A stretch of DNA of 58,955 nt from an uncultured Thiotrichaceae bacterium (GTDB lineage Bacteria; Pseudomonadota; Gammaproteobacteria; SZUA-229), in contig CAZYYW010000003.1 in NCBI GenBank assembly GCA_964651445.1, forward strand, positions 1 to 58,955, written 5' to 3'. The notes beneath the pieces are model-generated. The model was not told the origin of the DNA. It did no database searches and saw only the letters and a program-made list of their open reading frames with translations. Positions 54,616 to 58,955 of the stretch are shown here, in pieces (position 1 is the stretch's first letter; the number at the start of each line of letters is the position of its first letter). The translations under genes were made by a program, and so were the position numbers.

Positions 54616-55461
54616 TTATCCAGTGATACCCATTTTGTATACCACGCCTCGAAGTTTTTTGCGAATGGTTTCAGGAATAAGTTTTCTAGCAATCTTTTTT
54701 CCTATACCGATATCAACGGAGTTCTTAACATTTACAGGTAACGACATCAAGTCGACATTATCAGATGCTACATCTGGGAAAGTCACTTTTGTTACGACCT
54801 GATAGATGTTTCCGTGCCTGAATGACGAAACCACTGCCTTGACGTTCGCTGGCAAATTATTCCAACGACTGGAAAACTCACTGGTCTCAGGCGTCACGAT
54901 AACGAACTGTGCCTCCTCTATAGATAAATCAGCATCATTAAACAATTTCTGAATATTTTTCAATCCAAAGAAACGAATGTGAGTACGATCCAGTAACCCC
55001 CAGTCACGATAATCAAAGTCTTCGTCAAGTAAACAAGCGACTACAGCACTGTGGCCCACATGAGGTAACGAAACAACCAAGTAACCATCATCTTTCAACA
55101 GACCTTTCATTGCCGCCAATGTAGCCCATGGATCATAGACATGTTCAAGCACATCAGCAGCAACAATAACGTCAAATTTCCCATCATCATCAAGAAGACT
55201 CGGCCAATTTTTATCGTTCAGGTCTGCTCTGTAAACTTTTTCACAGAAAGGTGACAATTTCACTATCGCATCTTCATCGATTTCAAGCGCAATCACATTA
55301 CAGGTACATTTCTCTTTCAAATGCTTTGTTATTGAACCAGGACCGGCCCCTATCTCCAATACATATTTATTGTTACCAACCATGCGAATAACTCGTGCTG
55401 GCGCACTATCGTCACTTAAATCTACTTCATATTCATAGTTGTGGCGTTTTTCTTTTTTCAT
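54616..55461 (-). CDS. Class I SAM-dependent methyltransferase
   Basis: VLEIGAGPG, FDVIVAADVLEHVYDP and GLLDRTHIRFF motifs. Confidence 0.9.
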   Translation of the reverse strand: MKKEKRHNYEYEVDLSDDSAPARVIRMVGNNKYVLEIGAGPGSITKHLKEKCTCNVIALEIDEDAIVKLSPFCEKVYRADLNDKNWPSLLDDDGKFDVIVAADVLEHVYDPWATLAAMKGLLKDDGYLVVSLPHVGHSAVVACLLDEDFDYRDWGLLDRTHIRFFGLKNIQKLFNDADLSIEEAQFVIVTPETSEFSSRWNNLPANVKAVVSSFRHGNIYQVVTKVTFPDVASDNVDLMSLPVNVKNSVDIGIGKKIARKLIPETIRKKLRGVVYKMGITG

Positions 55462-55555
55462 ATATTTACATCAGTCAAGTTATTTATTTTTAATATTCAG
55501 TGAACGTTGCATGCAGTACCGTTAATGCTAAATACCCCTAGTTTTATTCACGAAT

Positions 55556-56347
55556 TCATGCATCTTTTCGCCAATAAACCCCAACTCCATCAATCTCTGT
55601 CAATTCAGGCTTAATTTCAGCCGTTGATAAAAAGTCGTGCACTGCAGCCTTACAACCCTTAACCACATGGTAATCATCAACAATTATGTAACCACCTACT
55701 GATACTTTTTCATACAATGCTTCCAATGGTTGTATTGTAGATTCATATAAATCACCATCAAGTCTGAGTAACGCAATTTCATTAATAGGTGCCGTAGGTA
55801 GAGTGTCCTTAAACCAGCCCTCAAGAAAAATCAATTCATCATCTAGAAGACCATATTTCTTGAAATTTTCTTTAACACTCTCAGCAGATACTGCTAATTC
55901 TTCAAACGTATGAAAAACTTCCCCTTCATCTTCAGGGAAGTTTTTCACATCAGGAACTGGCAAACCTTTAAATGAATCAGCCAACCAGATTTTTCTATCC
56001 CTAACTGCATATGTTTCAAGTACAGCTTTCATCATAATGCATGCGCCGCCTCGCCACACTCCAGTTTCAACAAAATCACCTGGTACGTCATTACCAATTA
56101 CGCTTTCAGTAAGCAAGCGAACATTTGATAAGCGTTTACTACCAATCATAGTATGGGCAACAGAAGGCCAATCCCAACCATACTCTCTAACTTCAGAGTC
56201 AAATTGAGTCAATCCTAGGCTTTGTATTGGCACGTCTTCATAGATAGTTCCAGTCAAACACTTTTCCATCAAATCTAAATACCTGGATCGTGATTGCCTC
56301 AGTTCTTCAGAGACGTATTCATAACGTTTGCCAATGATTTCCATCAC
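55556..56347 (-). CDS. TylF/MycF-family sugar O-methyltransferase
   Basis: GDFVETGVWRGG, WLADSFKGLP and LLRLDGDLYEST motifs. Confidence 0.92.
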   Translation of the reverse strand: MMEIIGKRYEYVSEELRQSRSRYLDLMEKCLTGTIYEDVPIQSLGLTQFDSEVREYGWDWPSVAHTMIGSKRLSNVRLLTESVIGNDVPGDFVETGVWRGGACIMMKAVLETYAVRDRKIWLADSFKGLPVPDVKNFPEDEGEVFHTFEELAVSAESVKENFKKYGLLDDELIFLEGWFKDTLPTAPINEIALLRLDGDLYESTIQPLEALYEKVSVGGYIIVDDYHVVKGCKAAVHDFLSTAEIKPELTEIDGVGVYWRKDA

Positions 56348-57693
56348 TCCACTCCCTCATATTTGAAATTACCCACGCATAATTCAATCTTCACCATAGG
56401 TACCCCTATTAGCCCTGTTGAAACACTACTACATTGCGATTCCAAAACGAACGCATCGTGTATCCACTCCAGTTGCTCATGTTCACCTACAACACCATCC
56501 GCGATTGCAATATCAGCAGTATAATTACCCTGTGGCAAAATTGGCATGTTGAACGAGAATATAGCAGACGCCTGCTCGTAAGGTTTCAGTGAAACAGGAC
56601 TTAAAGAGTAATCCAAGTACGTGTTATCTCCAAAAAGAACCTGCCCCAATCTATCCTTAATGAAGAACCCAATAATTACTTTGTGTATCGACTTTATAGC
56701 TTGAACTTCGACTACGACGCGAACCAGCTCTCCACCAACAATCCAAGATAGTGGGTTATTTTCAATATCTGTCAGCCTAGCATCGATAATTTTTGCATTG
56801 CGATTGCCAAAACTTTTTCCTGTATCAGAAAAGCGAAACACTTTTATATCATTTCGAAGATTTGTACTATTTATAAAACTCATACGCATGTCTTTAAATT
56901 TATTAATTTCAGCTACCGTATTTATATCTACATGAGCAGACGCACTAGCAGCTTCAGTAGATAAATAATGGCTTGCAGTGTAGCTCTCGCACACATCTTT
57001 AGCCTTCCCTATCTGTTGCATTACCCCGCAATAAAGCCATACCACTTTATCGCAAAGGTTAACAACAGCCCCAGTATCATGACTAACAAAGACAACTGTA
57101 CCTTCTTTTTGAAACTCCCTCAAAAACCTCATGCATTTCTGCATAAAAAAGACATCACCAACAGCCAGAGCCTCATCGATCACTAATATATCTGCATCAA
57201 CATGTGCGACAACAGCAAATGCCAAGCGGACATACATGCCACTAGAATATGTTTTGACAGGTTGCCCAATATGTTCCCCTATATCAGCGAAGGCCACAAT
57301 ATCATCATACTTTGCATCTATTTCCTTCCTACTTAGCCCAAGTATAGCGGCGTTCATGTATATATTTTCACGGCCTGTGAACTCAGGATTAAACCCTGCA
57401 CCTAATTCTAGCAATGCCGCCACACGTCCGTTAAACGTAATTTCACCACTCGTTGGTGTTAATGTGCCACAAATCATTTGCAACAAGGTTGATTTTCCCG
57501 AACCATTTCTACCAATAATACCTACCGTTTCTCCTTTTTTCACTTCAAACGAGACATTATCCAATGCTTTAAATTCTGTGTAGTATTGACGTTTTCCTCG
57601 AAACAAACTTTGCTTTAGTCTTTCTATCGGCTTGTCATAAATTTGGTAATATTTACTTACATTACTTACCTGTATCGCGATATCAGAGGACAT
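56344..57693 (-). CDS. wzt: Polysaccharide ABC transporter ATPase with C-terminal Wzt carbohydrate-binding domain
   Basis: GRNGSGKSTL, YSSGMYVRLAF and a C-terminal FGDNT...LPQGNYTADIAI domain. Likely start ATG 57693. Confidence 0.92.
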   Translation of the reverse strand: MSSDIAIQVSNVSKYYQIYDKPIERLKQSLFRGKRQYYTEFKALDNVSFEVKKGETVGIIGRNGSGKSTLLQMICGTLTPTSGEITFNGRVAALLELGAGFNPEFTGRENIYMNAAILGLSRKEIDAKYDDIVAFADIGEHIGQPVKTYSSGMYVRLAFAVVAHVDADILVIDEALAVGDVFFMQKCMRFLREFQKEGTVVFVSHDTGAVVNLCDKVVWLYCGVMQQIGKAKDVCESYTASHYLSTEAASASAHVDINTVAEINKFKDMRMSFINSTNLRNDIKVFRFSDTGKSFGNRNAKIIDARLTDIENNPLSWIVGGELVRVVVEVQAIKSIHKVIIGFFIKDRLGQVLFGDNTYLDYSLSPVSLKPYEQASAIFSFNMPILPQGNYTADIAIADGVVGEHEQLEWIHDAFVLESQCSSVSTGLIGVPMVKIELCVGNFKYEGVE

Positions 57694-58510
57694 CTGCGAA
57701 CCCCTGGCGTGTTTTCTGAAACCATGCAAAACCTAGCCAAGCAACTAATAAACTCACGATGTATGCCACACCAACACCCAACCAGTCAGGCGTGTTACCC
57801 CACATCAATACATCTCTTGCCTGCTCAATTATAAAAGTCAGAGGATTCAGGTAAATAAACGTACGGTATGGTTCTGGCAGCATAGAAGCAGGGTAAAATA
57901 TTGGCGACATAAATAAGAGTATCGTTGTTAATACACCTGTCATTTGTCCAATGTCTCTAATATAAACGCCTAAAGAAGCAAACATCCAGGAGACACCAAG
58001 TGAAAATAAAATTAAAGGGACAAAGACTATCGGTAAAAAAATTACCGTCCATTGAAAAGAGTGACTAACAATAACGTAAAACAGTGACCAAACTACAACA
58101 CTGATTAGCGCATGAAATAATGTTGTCCCCATCACTACCCAGGGAAGAATCTCCAATGGAAACACCACTTTTTTTACATAGCTGATATTCCTAAACATAA
58201 GCGGCGGTGAGTTATTCATACTTTCGGCCAGCACACCATGAACGATCATGCCAATAAATAGAACCAGAGCAAACTCTGTTTTGCTGTCCGACCCAACAGT
58301 CCATCTAGCCTGAAACACCGTACTAAACACCAACGTATATACAGCCAGCATAATTAGGGGGTTAAAAAATGACCAGGCGATACCTAACACAGATCCACGG
58401 TAACGACCGATGACTTCACGTTTTGTCATTTGAAAAATCAAGCTACGATTCCGGTGAAAACTGCTAAACATCTCGAGTAACGAGACATTGTGTTGTGCGT
58501 TGGGATTCAT
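57683..58510 (-). CDS. wzm: Polysaccharide ABC transporter permease
   Basis: REVIGRYRGSVLGIAWS, NISYVKKVVFP and LNPLTFIIEQAR motifs. Confidence 0.93.
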   Translation of the reverse strand: MNPNAQHNVSLLEMFSSFHRNRSLIFQMTKREVIGRYRGSVLGIAWSFFNPLIMLAVYTLVFSTVFQARWTVGSDSKTEFALVLFIGMIVHGVLAESMNNSPPLMFRNISYVKKVVFPLEILPWVVMGTTLFHALISVVVWSLFYVIVSHSFQWTVIFLPIVFVPLILFSLGVSWMFASLGVYIRDIGQMTGVLTTILLFMSPIFYPASMLPEPYRTFIYLNPLTFIIEQARDVLMWGNTPDWLGVGVAYIVSLLVAWLGFAWFQKTRQGFADVL

Positions 58511-58522
58511 TATAAAAGATAG

Positions 58523-58557
58523 CTGGCAGTCATTAGTTTGCAGGTGGCAGTCAAAAG
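58523..58557 (+). repeat. Heptamer array upstream of wzm
   Basis: CTGGCAG TCATTAG TTTGCAG GTGGCAG TCAAAAG, the same family as 41493-41520 read on its minus strand. Confidence 0.5.
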
Positions 58558-58955
58558 ATTAAATAGCTGTTTTTTCAGTCGCTTAACTAAAACATGTGGA
58601 GTAATAATTAGCACGTCATTATACTGTAAAAATAGTTGCTAGTCATTAGGTACCAATAGTAAAAAATAGCTGGAAAAGCCTTGGCTATACAGGGTTCAGG
58701 GTTTGTGGAATTAGACTCGTTTCTACAAAGCTACAGTCATTGCGTTTTTTGCTACTGTAGTTCGGTGATGCAGGTAGATAGTGATTCTTTCCAGTCAGAC
58801 ATTTCAGGAAAATAGCACTTTTAGCTTGTCAGCTCCATATTGAATGAATTTTGCGGTTTCAGGGTACGAATTTAATTCAGACCTGAAAATTTATTTGAGA
58901 AATTTCGAAATCACTTTTGCAAACGCCTTGAAATCACTTATCTTCCTAGTGGCGA

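Noticed and set aside
58560-58955. Possible IS end or att site and ops/JUMPStart element upstream of wzm
   Set aside because: Only a short TTTCAGG/CCTGAAA inversion is visible, no GGCGGTAG ops motif is present, and the context is cut by the window edge.

Overview
Chromosomal window from a Gammaproteobacterium, probably a marine sulfur oxidiser (inferred from a sulfur-globule-like protein and a 14-gene nuo operon with separate nuoC and nuoD). From left to right: a sulfur-globule-like gene; a Pho cluster (pstCAB-phoU-phoBR-pstS) with two Pho-box arrays; an IS3 scar plus a 127-bp tandem repeat built from tRNA-fMet pieces; an HTH pseudogene; a ~1750-aa secreted lipase/Ig/beta-propeller protein with a GlyGly-CTERM tail, divergent from a NarL-type regulator and 7TM-DISM kinase; nuoA-N; tRNA-Leu, secG, tpiA, glmM, folP, ftsH, rlmE, yhbY, greA, carB, a GxxExxY nuclease-fold gene, carA and tRNA-Glu; an unannotated CsrB/RsmY-like sRNA with a GacA-type box; two toxin-antitoxin-like cassettes; and an ABC-transporter-dependent (Wzm/Wzt) methylated glycan cluster interrupted by an IS5 relic. 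The most unusual signal is intergenic. Housekeeping operons carry arms of 7-, 9- or 10-nt periodic micro-repeats. One inverted pair encloses the GxxExxY gene, others are empty or flank TA cassettes as direct repeats. A ~50-nt element with GGA-loop hairpins has inserted at the equivalent position in two of these arms. All assignments come from motif recognition by eye; no database searches were run.
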